Shown here: positions 38,501 to 53,800 of the stretch, piece by piece
Layout: each line of letters opens with the position of its first letter
Numbering within the stretch: the stretch's first letter is position 1
Assembly: GCA_964016885.1 (NCBI GenBank)
Contig: OZ024744.1
Span: 36,022,001-36,086,000, forward strand
Origin: Eledone cirrhosa
Taxonomy: Eukaryota
Length of the DNA: 64,000 nucleotides
Direction of reading: 5' to 3'
Translations under genes and position numbers: made by a program
The notes under the pieces: generated by a model
The model's input: the letters and a program-made list of their open reading frames with translations, nothing else
Databases searched by the model: none
What the model was told of the DNA's origin: nothing

Positions 38501-41500
38501 GTACGTCTGTATACATATATGTATGTACGTCTACATACTTATATTTAAGTAACAGCCGTACTAAGAGTGGGAAATGAAATTTCGTTTCATTTTTTCCGTT
38601 TATCGTTTTCGGTGCACCCGGCCGATTAACCTACTCGATATGCAAATTAGGCATCTCAGCTGTTAATATGCATACGGTAAGTATATACGTTCAACAATTT
38701 GGCAGGAAAGTATACGTTGCTGACGATAGCTAATAAGCTTGAAACTAGTACAGCGTTCCTACGTCAGTGTTGAACAAACGAGCAGCGATGGTTGCTGGAC
38801 ACTACGGCTGAATACGTGATGTTTGTTTACAAACACACCGAGCGTTATAATAAATGTTCGGTGAATCCATACGTACAGATATATATATGTGTGTGCATGT
38901 ATGTATATATATATACATACTATTGTACGTCTGTATACATATATGTATGTACGTCTACATACTTATATTTAAGTAACAGCCGTACTAAGAGTGGGAAATG
39001 AAATTTCGTTTCGTTTTTTCCGTTTATCGTTTTCGGTGCACCCGGCCGATTAACCCACTCGATATGCAAATTGGGCTTCTCAGCTGTTAATATGCATAAG
39101 GAAAGTATATACGTTCAACAATCTGGCAGGAAGGTATACGTTGTTGATGATAGCTAATAAGCTTGAAACTAGTACAGCGTTCCTACCTCAGTGTTGAACA
39201 AACGAGCAACGATGGTTGCTGGACACTACGGCTTAATACGGGATGTTTGTTTACAAACACAACGAGCATTATAATAAATGTTCGGTGAATCCATACGTAC
39301 AGATATATATATGTGTGTGCATGTATGTATATATATATACATACTATTGTACGTCTGTATACATATATGTATGTACGTGTACATACTTATATTTAAGTAA
39401 CAGCCGTACTAAGAGTGGGAAATGAAATTTCGTTTCATTTTTTCCGTTTATCGTATTCGGTGCACCCGGCCGATTAACCCACTCGATATGCAAATTGGGC
39501 TTCTCAGCTGTTAATATGCATAAGGAAAGTATATACGTTCAACAATCTGGCAGGAAGGTATACGTTGTTGACGATAGCTAATAAGCTTGAAACTAGTACA
39601 GCGTTCCTACGTCAGTATTAAACAAACGAGCAACGATGGTTGCTGCACACTACGGCTTAATACGGGATGTTTGTTTACAATCACACCGAGCATTATAATA
39701 AATGTTCGGTGAATCCATACGTACATATATATATATGTGTGCATATATGTGTATATATATACGTACTACTGTACGTTTGTATACATATATGTATGTACGC
39801 CTACATACTTATATTTAAGTAACAGCCGTAATAAGACTGGGAATGAAATTTCGTTTCATTTTTTCCGTTTATCGTTTTCGGTGCACCCGGCCGATTGACC
39901 CACTGGATATGCAAATTAGGCTTCTCAGCTGTTAATATGCATAAGGTAAGTATATACGTTCAACGATCTAGCTGGAAGGTATACGTTGTTGACAATAGCT
40001 AATAAGCTTGATACTACTACAGCGTTCCTTAGTCAGTGTTGAACAAACGAGCAACGATGGTTGCTGGACACTACGGCTTAATACGGGTTGTTTGTTTACA
40101 AACAAACCGAGCATTATAATTAATGTTCGGTGTATCCATACGTACATATATATATATATGTGTGTGCATGTATGTATATATATATACATCCTATTGTACG
40201 TCTGTATACATATATGTATGTACGTCTACATACTTATATTTAAGTATCAGCCGTACTAAGAGTGGGAAATGAAATTCGTTTCATTTTTTCCGTTTATCGT
40301 TTTCGGTGCACCCGGCCGATTAACCCACTCGATATGCAAATTGGGCTTCTCAGCTGTTAATATGCATAAGGAAGTATATATGTTCAACAATCTGGCAGGA
40401 TGGTATACGTTGTTGACGATAGCTAATAAGCTTGAAACTAGTACAGCGTTCCTACGTCAGTGTTGAACAAACGAGCAGCGATGGTTGCTGGACACTACGG
40501 CTGAATACGTGATGTTTGTTTACAAACACACCGAGCATTATAATAAATGTTCGGTGAATCCATACGTACAGATATATATATGTGTGTGCATGTATGTATA
40601 TATATATACATACTATTGTACGTCTGTATACATATATGTATGTACGTCTACATACTTATATTTAAGTAACAGCCGTACTAAGAGTGGGAAATGAAATTTC
40701 GTTTCATTTTTTCCGTTTATCGTTTTCGGTGCACCCGGCCGATTAACCTACTCGATATGCAAATTAGGCATCTCAGCTGTTAATATGCATACGGTAAGTA
40801 TATACGTTCAACAATTTGGCAGGAAAGTATACGTTGCTGACGATAGCTAATAAGCTTGAAACTAGTACAGCGTTCCTACGTCAGTGTTGAACAAACGAGC
40901 AGCGATGGTTGCTGGACACTACGGCTGAATACGTGATGTTTGTTTACAAACACACCGAGCATTATAATAAATGTTCGGTGAATCCATACGTACAGATATA
41001 TATATGTGTGTGCATGTATGTATATATATATACATACTATTGTACGTCTGTATACATATATGTATGTACGTCTACATACTTATATTTAAGTAACAGCCGT
41101 ACTAAGAGTGGGAAATGAAATTTCGTTTCGTTTTTTCCGTTTATCGTTTTCGGTGCACCCGGCCGATTAACCCACTCGATATGCAAATTGGGCTTCTCAG
41201 CTGTTAATATGCATAAGGAAAGTATATACGTTCAACAATCTGGCAGGAAGGTATACGTTGTTGATGATAGCTAATAAGCTTGAAACTAGTACAGCGTTCC
41301 TACCTCAGTGTTGAACAAACGAGCAACGATGGTTGCTGGACACTACGGCTTAATACGGGATGTTTGTTTACAAACACACCGAGCATTATAATAAATGTTC
41401 GGTGAATCCATACGTACAGATATATATATGTGTGTGCATGTATGTATATATATATACATACTATTGTACGTCTGTATACATATATGTATGTACGTGTACA

Positions 41501-43000
41501 TACTTATATTTAAGTAACAGCCGTACTAAGAGTGGGAAATGAAATTTCGTTTAATTTTTTTCCGTTTATCGTATTCGGTGCACCCGGCCGATTAACCCAC
41601 TCGATATGCAAATTGGGCTTCTCAGCTGTTAATATGCATGAGGAAAGTATATACGTTCAACAATCTGGCAGGAAGGTATACGTTGTTGACGATAGCTAAT
41701 AAGCTTGAAACTAGTACAGCGTTCCTACGTCAGTATTAAACAAACGAGCAACGATGGTTGCTGCACACTACGGCTTAATACGGGATGTTTGTTTACAATC
41801 ACACCGAGCATTATAATAAATGTTCGGTGAATCCATACGTACATATATATATATGTGTGCATATATGTGTATATATATACGTACTACTGTACGTTTGTAT
41901 ACATATATGTATGTACGCCTACATACTTATATTTAAGTAACAGCCGTAATAAGACTGGGAATGAAATTTCGTTTCATTTTTTCCGTTTATCGTTTTCGGT
42001 GCACCCGGCCGATTAACCCACTCGATATGCAAATTGAGCTTCTCAGCTGTTAATATGCATAAGGTAAGTATATACGTTCAACGATCTAGCTGGAAGGTAT
42101 ACGTTGTTGACAATAGCTAATAAGCTTGAAACTAGTACAGCGTTCCTACGTCAGTATTAAACAAACGAGCAACGATGGTTGCTGCACACTACGGCTTAAT
42201 ACGGGATGTTTGTTTACAAACACACCGAGCATTATAATAAATGTTCGGTGAATCCATACGTACATATATATATATATGTGTGTGCATGTATGTATATATA
42301 TATACATCCTATTGTACGTCTGTATACATATATGTATGTACGTCTACATACTTATATTTAAGTATCAGCCGTACTAAGTGTGGGAAATGAAATTCGTTTC
42401 ATTTTTCCGTTTATCGTTTTCGGTGCACCCGGCCCTAACCCACTCGATATGCAAATTGGGCATCTCAGCTGTTAATATGCATAAGGTAAGTATATACGTT
42501 CAACAATTTGGCAGGAAAGTATACGTTGCTGACGATAGCTAATAAGCTTGAAACTAGTACAGCGTTCCTACGTCAGTGTTGAACAAACGAGCAGCGATGG
42601 TTGCTGGACACTACGGCTGAATACGTGATGTTTGTTTACAAACACACCGAGCATTATAATAAATGTTCGGTGAATCCATACGTACAGATATATATATGTG
42701 TGTGCATGTATGTATATATATATACATACTATTGTACGTCTGTATACATATATGTATGTACGTCTACATACTTATATTTAAGTAACAGCCGTACTAAGAG
42801 TGGGAAATGAAATTTCGTTTCATTTTTTCCGTTTATCGTTTTCGGTGCACCCGGCCGATTAACCCACTCGATATGCAAATTGGGCTTCTCAGCTGTTAAT
42901 ATGCATAAGGAAAGTAAATACGTTCAACAATCTGGCAGGAAGGTATACGTTGTTGATGATAGCTAATAAGCTTGAAACTAGTACAGCGTTCCTACCTCAG
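35600..43000 (+). repeat. Higher-order repeat block with a 5-unit (~2116 bp) period
   Basis: Variant ORFs recur at 36253/38368/40485/42601 and 36677/38792/40909. Confidence 0.85.
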
Positions 43001-46000
43001 TGTTGAACAAACGAGCAACGATGGTTGCTGGACACTACGGCTTAATACGGGATGTTTGTTTACAAACACACCGAGCATTATAATAAATGTTCGGTGAATC
43101 CATACGTACAGATATATATATGTGTGTGCATGTATGTATATATATATATACATACTATTGTACGTCTGTATACATATATGTATGTACGTGTACATACTTA
43201 TATTTAAGTAACAGCCGTACTAAGAGTGGGAAATGAAATTTCGTTTCATTTTTTCCGTTTATCGTATTCGGTGCACCCGGCCGATTAACCCACTCGATAT
43301 GCAAATTGGGCTTCTCAGCTGTTAAGATGCATAAGGAAAGTATATACGTTCAACAATCTGACAGGAAGGTATACGTTGTTGACGATAGCTAATAAGCTTG
43401 AAACTAGTACAGCGTTCCTACGTCAGTATTAAACAAACGAGCAACGATGGTTGCTGCACACTACGGCTTAATACGGGATGTTTGTTTACAAACACACCGA
43501 GCATTATAATAAATGTTCGGTGAATCCATACGTACATATATATATGTGTGCATGTATGTATATATATATACATCCTATTGTACGTCTGTATACATATATG
43601 TATGTACGTCTACATACTTATATTTAAGTAACAGCCGTACTAAGAGTGGGAAAAGAAATTTCGTTTCATTTTTTCCGTTTATCGTTTTCGGTGCACCCGG
43701 CCGATTAACCCACTCGATATGCAAATTAGGCTTCTCAGCTGTTAATATGCATAAGGTAAGTATATACGTTCAACAATCTGGCAAGCAGGTATACTTTGCT
43801 GACGATAGCTAATAAGCTTGAAACTAGTACAGCGTTCCTACGTCAGTATTAAACAAACGAGCAACGATGGTTGCTGCACACTACGGCTTAATACGGGATG
43901 TTTGTTTACAATCACACCGAGCATTATAATAAATGTTCGGTGAATCCATACGTACATATATATATATGTGTGCATATATGTGTATATATATACGTACTAC
44001 TGTACGTTTGTATACATATATGTATGTACGCCTACATACTTATATTTAAGTAACAGCCGTAATAAGACTGGGAATGAAATTTCGTTTCATTTTTTCCGTT
44101 TATCGTTTTCGGTGCACCCGGCCGATTGACCCACTGGATATGCAAATTAGGCTTCTCAGCTGTTAATATGCATAAGGTAAGTATATACGTTCAACGATCT
44201 AGCTGGAAGGTATACGTTGTTGACAATAGCTAATAAGCTTGAAACTACTACAGCGTTCCTTAGTCAGTGTTGAACAAACGAGCAACGATGGTTGCTGGAC
44301 ACTACGGCTTAATACGGGTTGTTTGTTTACAAACAAACCGAGCATTATAATTAATGTTCGGTGTATCCATACGTACATATATATATATATGTGTGTGCAT
44401 GTATGTATATATATATACATCCTATTGTACGTCTGTATACATATATGTATGTACGTCTACATACTTATATTTAAGTATCAGCCGTACTAAGAGTGGGAAA
44501 TGAAATTCGTTTCATTTTTTCCGTTTATCGTTTTCGGTGCACCCGGCCGATTAACCCACTCGATATGCAAATTGGGGTTCTCAGCTGTTAATATGCATAA
44601 GGAAAGTATATATGTTCAACAATCTGGCAGGAAGGTATACGCTGCTGACGATAGCTAATAAGCTTGAAACTAGTACAGCGTTCCTTTGTCAGTGTTGAAC
44701 AAACGAGCAACGATGGTTGCAGGACACTACGGCTTAATACGGGATGTTTGATTACAATCACACCGAGCATTATAATAAATGTTCGGTGAATCCATACGTA
44801 CATATATATATATGTGTGCATATATGTGTATATATATACGTACAACTGTACGTTTGTATACATATATGTATGTACGCCTACATACTTATATTTAAGTAAC
44901 AGCCGTAATAAGACTGGGAATGAAATTTCGTTTCATTTTTTCCGTTTATCGTTTTCGGTGCACCCGGCCGATTGACCCACTGGATATGCAAATTAGGCTT
45001 CTCAGCTGTTAATATGCATAAGGTAAGTATATACGTTCAACGATCTAGCTGGAAGGTATACGTTGTTGACAATAGCTAATAAGCTTGAAACTACTACAGC
45101 GTTCCTTAGTCAGTGTTGAACAAACGAGCAACGATGGTTGCTGGACACTACGGCTTAATACGGGTTGTTTGTTTACAAACAAACCGAGCATTATAATTAA
45201 TGTTCGGTGTATCCATACGTACATATATATATATATGTGTGTGCATGTATGTATATATATATACATCCTATTGTACGTCTGTATACATATATGTATGTAC
45301 GTCTACATACTTATATTTAAGTATCAGCCGTACTAAGTGTGGGAAATGAAATTCGTTTCATTTTTTCCATTTATCGTTTTCGGTGCACCCGGCCGATTAA
45401 CCCACTCGATATGCAAATTGGGCATCTCAGCTGTTAATATGCATAAGGTAAGTATATACGTTCAACAATTTGGCAGGAAAGTATACGTTGCTGACGATAG
45501 CTAATAAGCTTGAAACTAGTACAGCGTTCCTACGTCAGTGTTGAACAAACGAGCAGCGATGGTTGCTGGACACTACGGCTGAATACGTGATGTTTGTTTA
45601 CAAACACACCGAGCATTATAATAAATGTTCGGTGAATCCATACGTACAGATATATATATGTGTGTGCATGTATGTATATATATATACATACTATTGTACG
45701 TCTGTATACATATATGTATGTACGTCTACATACTTATATTTAAGTAACAGCCGTACTAAGAGTGGGAAATGAAATTTCGTTTAATTTTTTCCGTTTATCG
45801 TTTTCGGTGCACCCGGCCGATTAACCTACTCGATATGCAAATTAGGCATCTCAGCTGTTAATATGCATAAGGTAAGTATATACGTTCAACAATTTGGCAG
45901 GAAAGTATACGTTGTTGACAATAGCTAATAAGCTTGAAACTACTACAGCGTTCCTTAGTCAGTGTTGAACAAACGAGCAACGATGGTTGCTGGACACTAC

Positions 46001-49000
46001 GGCTTAATACGGGTTGTTTGTTTACAAACAAACCGAGCATTATAATTAATGTTCGGTGTATCCATACGTACATATATATATATATGTGTGTGCATGTATG
46101 TATATATATATACATCCTATTGTACGTCTGTATACATATATGTATGTACGTCTACATACTTATATTTAAGTATCAGCCGTACTAAGAGTGGGAAATGAAA
46201 TTCGTTTCATTTTTTCCGTTTATCGTTTTCGGTGCACCCGGCCGATTAACCCACTCGATATGCAAATTGGGCTTCTCAGCTGTTAATATGCATAAGGAAG
46301 TATATATTTTCAACAATTTGGCAGGAAAGTATACGTTGCTGACGATAGCTAATAAGCTTGAAACTAGTACAGCGTTCCTACGTCAGTGTTGAACAAACGA
46401 GCAGCGATGGTAGCTGGACACTACGGCTGAATACGTGATGTTTGTTTACAAACACACCGAGCATTATAATAAATGTTCGGTGAATCCATACGTACAGATA
46501 TATATATGTGTGTGCATGTATGTATATATATATACATACTATTGTACGTCTGTATACATATATGTGTGTACGTCTACATACTTATATTTAAGTAACAGCC
46601 GTACTAAGAGTGGGAAATGTAATTTCGTTTCATTTTTTCCGTTTATCGTTTTCGGTGCACCCGGCCGATTAACACACTCGATATGCAAATTGGGCTTCTC
46701 AGCTGTTAATATGCATAAGGAAAGTATATACGTTCAACAATCTGGCAGGAAGGTATACGTTGTTGATGATAGCTAATAAGCTTGAAACTAGTACAGCGTT
46801 CCTACGTCAGTGTTGAACAAACGAGCAACGATGGTTGCTGGACACTACGGCTTAATACGGGATGTTTGTTTACAAACACACCGAGCATTATAATAAATGT
46901 TCGGTGAATCCATACGTACAGATATATATATGTGTGTGCATGTATGTATATATATATACATACTATTGTACGTCTGTATACATATATGTATGTACGTGTA
47001 CATACTTATATTTAAGTAACAGCCGTACTAAGAGTGGGAAATGAAATTTCGTTTCATTTTTTCCGTTTATCGTATTCGGTGCACCCGGCCGATTAACCCA
47101 CTCGATATGCAAATTGGGCTTCTCAGCTGTTAATATGCATAAGGAAAGTATATACGTTCAACAATCTGGCAGGAAGGTATACGTTGTTGACGATAGCTAA
47201 TAAGCTTGAAACTAGTACAGCGTTCCTACGTCAGTATTAAACAAACGAGCAACGATGGTTGCTGCACACTACGGCTTAATACGTGATGTTTGTTTACAAA
47301 CACACCGAGCATTATAATAAATGTTCGGTGAATCCATACGTACATATATATATGTGTGTATGTATGTATATATATATATACATCCTATTGTACGTCTGTA
47401 TACATATATGTATGTACGTCTACATACTTATATTTAAGTAACAGCCGTACTAAGAGTGGGAAAAGAAATTTCGTTTCATTTTTTCCGTTTATCGTTTTCG
47501 GTGCACCCGGCTGATTAACCCACTCGATATGCAAATTGGGCTTCTCAGCTGTTAATATGCATAAGGAAAGTATATATGTTCAACAATCTGGCAGGAAGGT
47601 ATACGCTGCTGACGATAGCTAATAAGCTTGAAACTAGTACAGCGTTCCTTTGTCAGTGTTGAACAAACGAGCAACGATGGTTGCTGGACACTACGGCTTA
47701 ATACGGGATGTTTGATTACAATCACACCGAGCATTATAATAAATGTTCGGTGAATCCATACGTACATATATATATATGTGTGCATGTATGTGTATATATA
47801 TACGTACTACTGTGCGTCTGTATACATATATGTATGTACGTCTACATACTTACATTTAAGTAACAGCCGTACTAAGAGTGGGAAAAGAAATTTCGTTTCA
47901 TTTTTTCCGTTTATCGTTTTCGGTGCACCCGGCCGATTGACCCACGGGATATGCAAATTAGGCTTCTCAGCTGTTAATATGCATAAGGTAAGTATATACG
48001 TTCAACGATCTAGCTGGAAGGTATACGTTGTTGACAATAGCTAATAAGCTTGAAACTACTACAGCGTTCCTTAGTCAGTGTTGAACAAACGAGCAACGAT
48101 GGTTGCTGGACACTACGGCTTAATACGGGTTGTTTGTTTACAAACAAACCGAGCCTTATAATTAATGTTCGGTGTATCCATACGTACATATATATATATA
48201 TGTGTGTGCATGTATGTATATATATATACATCCTATTGTACGTCTGTATACATATATGTATGTACGTCTACATACTTATATTTAAGTATCAGCCGTACTA
48301 AGTGTGGGAAATGAAATTCGTTTCATTTTTTCCGTTTATCGTTTTCGGTGCACCCGGCCGATTAACCCACTCGATATGCAAATTGGGCATCTCGGCTGTT
48401 AATATGCATAAGGTAAGTATATACGTTCAACAATTTGGCAGGAAAGTATACGTTGCTGACGATAGCTAATAAGCTTGAAACTAGTACAGCGTTCCTACGT
48501 CAGTGTTGAACAAACGAGCAGCGATGGTTGCTGGACACTACGGCTGAATACGTGATGTTTGTTTACAAACACACCGAGCATTATAATAAATGTTCGGTGA
48601 ATCCATACGTACAGATATATATGTGTGTGCATGTATGTATATATATATACATACTATTGTACGTCTGTATACATATATGTATGTACGTCTACATACTTAT
48701 ATTTAAGTAACAGCCGTACTAAGAGTGGGAAATGAAATTTCGTTTCATTTTTTCCGTTTATCGTTTTCGGTGCACCCGGCCGATTAACCCACTCGATATG
48801 CAAATTGGGCTTCTCAGCTGTTAATATGCATAAGGAAAGTATATACGTTCAACAATCTGGCAGGAAGGTATACGTTGTTGATGATAGCTAATAAGTTTGA
48901 AACTAGTACAGCGTTCCTACGTCAGTGTTGAACAAACGAGCAACGATGGTTGCTGGACACTACGGCTTAATACGGGATGTTTGTTTACAAACACACCGAG

Positions 49001-50849
49001 CATTATAATAAATGTTCGGTGAATCCATACGTACAGATATATATATGTGTGTGCATGTATGTATATATATATATACATACTATTGTACGTCTGTATACAT
49101 ATATGTATGTACGTGTACATACTTATATTTAAGTAACAGCCGTACTAAGAGTGGGAAATGAAATTTCGTTTCATTTTTTCCGTTTATCGTATTCGGTGCA
49201 CCCGGCCGATTAACCCACTCGATATGCAAATTGGGCTTCTCAGCTGTTAATATGCATAAGGAAAGTATATACGTTCAACAATCTGGCAGGAAGGTATACG
49301 TTGTTGACGATAGCTAATAAGCTTGAAACTAGTACAGCGTTCCTACGTCAGTATTAAACAAACGAGCAACGATGGTTGCTGCACACTACGGCTTAATACG
49401 GGATGTTTGTTTACAAACACACCGAGCATTATAATAAATGTTCGGTGAATCCATACGTACATATATATATGTGTGCATGTATGTATATATATATACATCC
49501 TATTGTACGTCTGTATACATATATGTATGTACGTCTACATACTTATATTTAAGTAACAGCCGTACTAAGAGTGGGAAAAGAAATTTCGTTTCATTTTTTC
49601 CGTTTATCGTTTTAGGTGCACCCGGCCGATTAACCCACTCGATATGCAAATTGGGCTTCTCAGCTGTTAATATGCATAAGGAAAGTATATATGTTCAACA
49701 ATCTGGCAGGAAGGTATACGCTGCTGACGATAGCTAATAAGCTTGAAACTAGTACAGCGTTCCTTTGTCAGTGTTGAACAAACGAGCAACGATAGTTGCG
49801 GGACACTACGGCTTAATACGGGATGTTTGATTACAATCACACCGAGCATTATAATAAATGTTCGGTGAATCCATACGTACATATATATATATGTGTGCAT
49901 ATATGTGTATATATATACGTACTACTGTACGTTTGTATACATATATGTTTGTACGCCTACATACTTATATTTAAGTAACAGCCGTAATAAGACTGGGAAT
50001 GAAATTTCGTTTCATTTTTTCCGTTTATCGTTTTCGGTGCACCCGGCCGATTGACCCACTGGATATGCAAATTAGGCTTCTCAGCTGTTAATATGCATAA
50101 GGTAAGTATATACGTTCAACGATCTAGCTGGAAGGTATACGTTGTTGACAATAGCTAATAAGCTTGAAACTACTACAGCGTTCCTTAGTCAGTGTTGAAC
50201 AAACGAGCAACGATGGTTGCTGGACACTACGGCTTAATACGGATTGTTTGTTTACAAACAAACCGAGCATTATAATTAATGTTCGGTGTATCCATACGTA
50301 CATATATATATATATGTGTGTGCATGTATGTATATATATATACATCCTATTGTACGTCTGTATACATATATGTATGTACGTCTACATACTTATATTTAAG
50401 TATCAGCCGTACTAAGTGTGGGAAATGAAATTCGTTTCATTTTTTCCGTTTATCGTTTTCGGTGCACCCGGCCGATTAACCCACTCGATATGCAAATTGG
50501 GCTTCTCAGCTGTTAATATGCATAAGGAAGTATATATGTTCAACAATCTGGCAGGAAGATATACGTTGTTGACGATAGCTAATAAGCTTGAAACTAGTAC
50601 AGCGTTCCTACGTCAGTGTTGAACAAAAGAGCAGCGATGGTTGCTGGACACTACGGCTGAATACGTGATGTTTGTTTACAAACACACCGTGCATTATAAT
50701 AAATGTTCGGTGAATCCATACGTACAGATATATATATGTGTGTGCATGTATGTATATATATATACATACTATTGTACGTCTGTATACATATATGTATGTA
50801 CGTGTACATACTTATATTTAAGTAACAGCCGTACTAAGAGTGGGAAATG

Positions 50850-53800
50850 AAATTTCGTTTCATTTATTCCGTTAATCGTTTTCGGTGCACCTTGCCTATT
50901 AACCCACTCGATATGCAAATTGGGCTTCTCAGCTGTTCATATGCATAAGGTAAGTATATACGTTCAACAATCTGGCAGGAAGGTATACGTTGCTGACGAT
51001 AGCTGATAAGCTTGAAACTAGTACAGCGTTCCTTTGTCAGTTTTGAACAAACGAGCAACGATGGTTGCTGGACACTACGGCTTAATACGTGATGTTTGTT
51101 TACAAACAAACCGAGCATTATAATTAATGTTCGGTGAATCCATACGTACATATATATATATGTGTGTGCATGTATGTATATATATATACATCCTATTGTA
51201 CCTCTGTATACATATAAGTATGTACGTGTACATACTTATATTTAAGTAACAGCCGTACTAAGAGTGGGAAATGAAATTTCGTTTCATTTTTTCCGTTTAT
51301 CGTTTTCGGTGCACCCGGCCGATTAACCTACTCGATATGCAAATTAGGCATCTCAGCTGTTAATATGCATAAGGTAAGTATATACGTTCAACAATTTGGC
51401 AGGAAAGTATACGTTGCTGACGATAGCTAATAAGCTTGAAACTAGTACTGCGTTCCTACGTCAGTGTTGAACAAACGAGCAGCGATGGTTGCTGGACACT
51501 ACAGCTGAATACGTGATGTTTGTTTACAAACACACCGAGCATTATAATAAATGTTCGGTGAATCCATAGGTACAGATATATATATGTGTGTGCATGTATG
51601 TATATATATATACATACTATTGTACGTCTGTATACATATATGTATGTACGTCTACATACTTATATTTAAGTAACAGCCGTACTAAGAGTAGGAAATGAAA
51701 TTTCGTTTCATTTTTTCCGTTTATCGTTTTCGGTGCACCCGGCCGATTAACCCACTCGATATGCAAATTGGGCTTCTCAGCTGTTAATATGCATCAGGAA
51801 AGTATATACGTTCAACAATCTGGCAGGAAGGTGTACGTTGTTGATGATAGCTAATAAGCTTGAAACTAGTACATCGTTCCTACGTCAGTGTTGATCAAAC
51901 GAGCAACGATGTTTGCTGGACACTACGGCTTAATACGGGATGTTTGTTTACAAACACACCGAGCATTATAATAAATGTTCGGTGAATCCATACGTACAGA
52001 TATATATATGTGTGTGCATGTATGTATATATATATACATACTATTGTACGTCTGTATACATATATGTATGTACGTGTACATACTTATATTTAAGTAACAG
52101 CCGTACTAAGAGTGGGAAATGAAATTTCCTTTCATTTTTTCCGTTTATCGTTTTCGGTGCACCCGGCCGATTAACCCACTCGATATGCAAATTGGGCTTC
52201 TCAGCTGTTAATATGCATAAAGAAAGTATATACGTTCAACAATCTGGCAGGAAGGTATACGTTGTTGACGATAGCTAATAAGCTTGAAACTTGTACAGCG
52301 TTCCTACGTCAGTATTGAACAAACGAGCAACGATGGTTGCTGCACACTACGGCTTAATACGGGATGTTTGTTTACAAACACACCGAGCATTATAATAAAT
52401 GTTCGGTGAATCCATACGTACAAGTATATATATGTGTGTGCATGTATGTATATATATATACATACTATTGTACGTCTGTATACATATATGTATGTACGTG
52501 TACATACTTATATTTAAGTAACAGCCGTACTAAGAGTGGGAAATGAAATTTCGTTTCATTTTTTCCGTTTATCGTTTTCGGTGCACCCGGCCGATTAACC
52601 CACTCGATATGCAAATTAGGCATCTCATCTGTTAATATGCATAAGGTAAGTATATACGTTCAACTATTTGGCAGGAAGGTATACGTTGCTGTTGATAGCT
52701 AATAAGCTTGAAACTAGTACAGCGTTGCTTTTGTCAGTTTTGTACAAACGAGCAACGATGGTTGCTGGACACTACGGCTTAATACGTGATGTTTGTTTAC
52801 AAACAAACCGAGCATTATAATAAATGTTCGGTGAATCCATACGTACATATATATATGTGTGCATGTATGTATATATATATACATCCTATTGTACGTCTGT
52901 ATACATATATGTATGTACGTCTACATACTTATATTTAAGTAACAGCCGTACTAAGAGTGGGAATTGAAATTTCGTTTCATTTTTCCGTTTATCGTTTTCG
53001 GTGCACCCGGCCGATTAAGCTGCTCGATATGCAAATTGGGCTTCTCAGCTGTTAATATGCATAAGGTAAGTATATACGTTCAACAATCTGGCAGGAAGGT
53101 ATACGTTGCTGACGATAGCTAATAAGCTTGAAACTAGTACAGAGTTCCTACGTCAGTGTTGAACAAACGAGCAACGATGGTTGCTGGACACTACGGCTTA
53201 ATACGGGATGTTTGTTTACAAACACATCGAGCATTATAATAAATGTTCGGTGAAACCATACGTTCATATATATATATATGTGTGCATGTATGTATATATA
53301 TATACATCCTATTGTACGTCTGTATACATATATGTATGTACGTCTACATACTTATATTTAAGTAATAGCCGTACTAAGAGTGCCAAATCAAATTTCGTTT
53401 CATTTTTTCCGTAACGTTTTCGGTGCACCCGGCCGATTAACCCACTCGATATGCAAATTAGGCATCTCAGCTGTTAATATGCATAAGGTAAGTATATACG
53501 TTCAACAATCTGGCAGGAAGTTATACGTTGCTGACGATAGCTAATAAGCTTGAAACTAGTACAGCGCTCCTTTGTCAGTGTTGAACAAACGAGCAACGAT
53601 GGTTGCTGGACACTACGGCTGAATACGGGATGTTTGTTTACAAAGACACCGAGCATTATAATAAATGTTCGGTGAATCTATACGTAAATATATATATGTG
53701 TGCATGTATGCATATATATATACATACTACTGTACGTCTGTATACATATATGTATGTACGTCTACATACTTATATTTAAGTAACAGACGTACTAAGAGTG

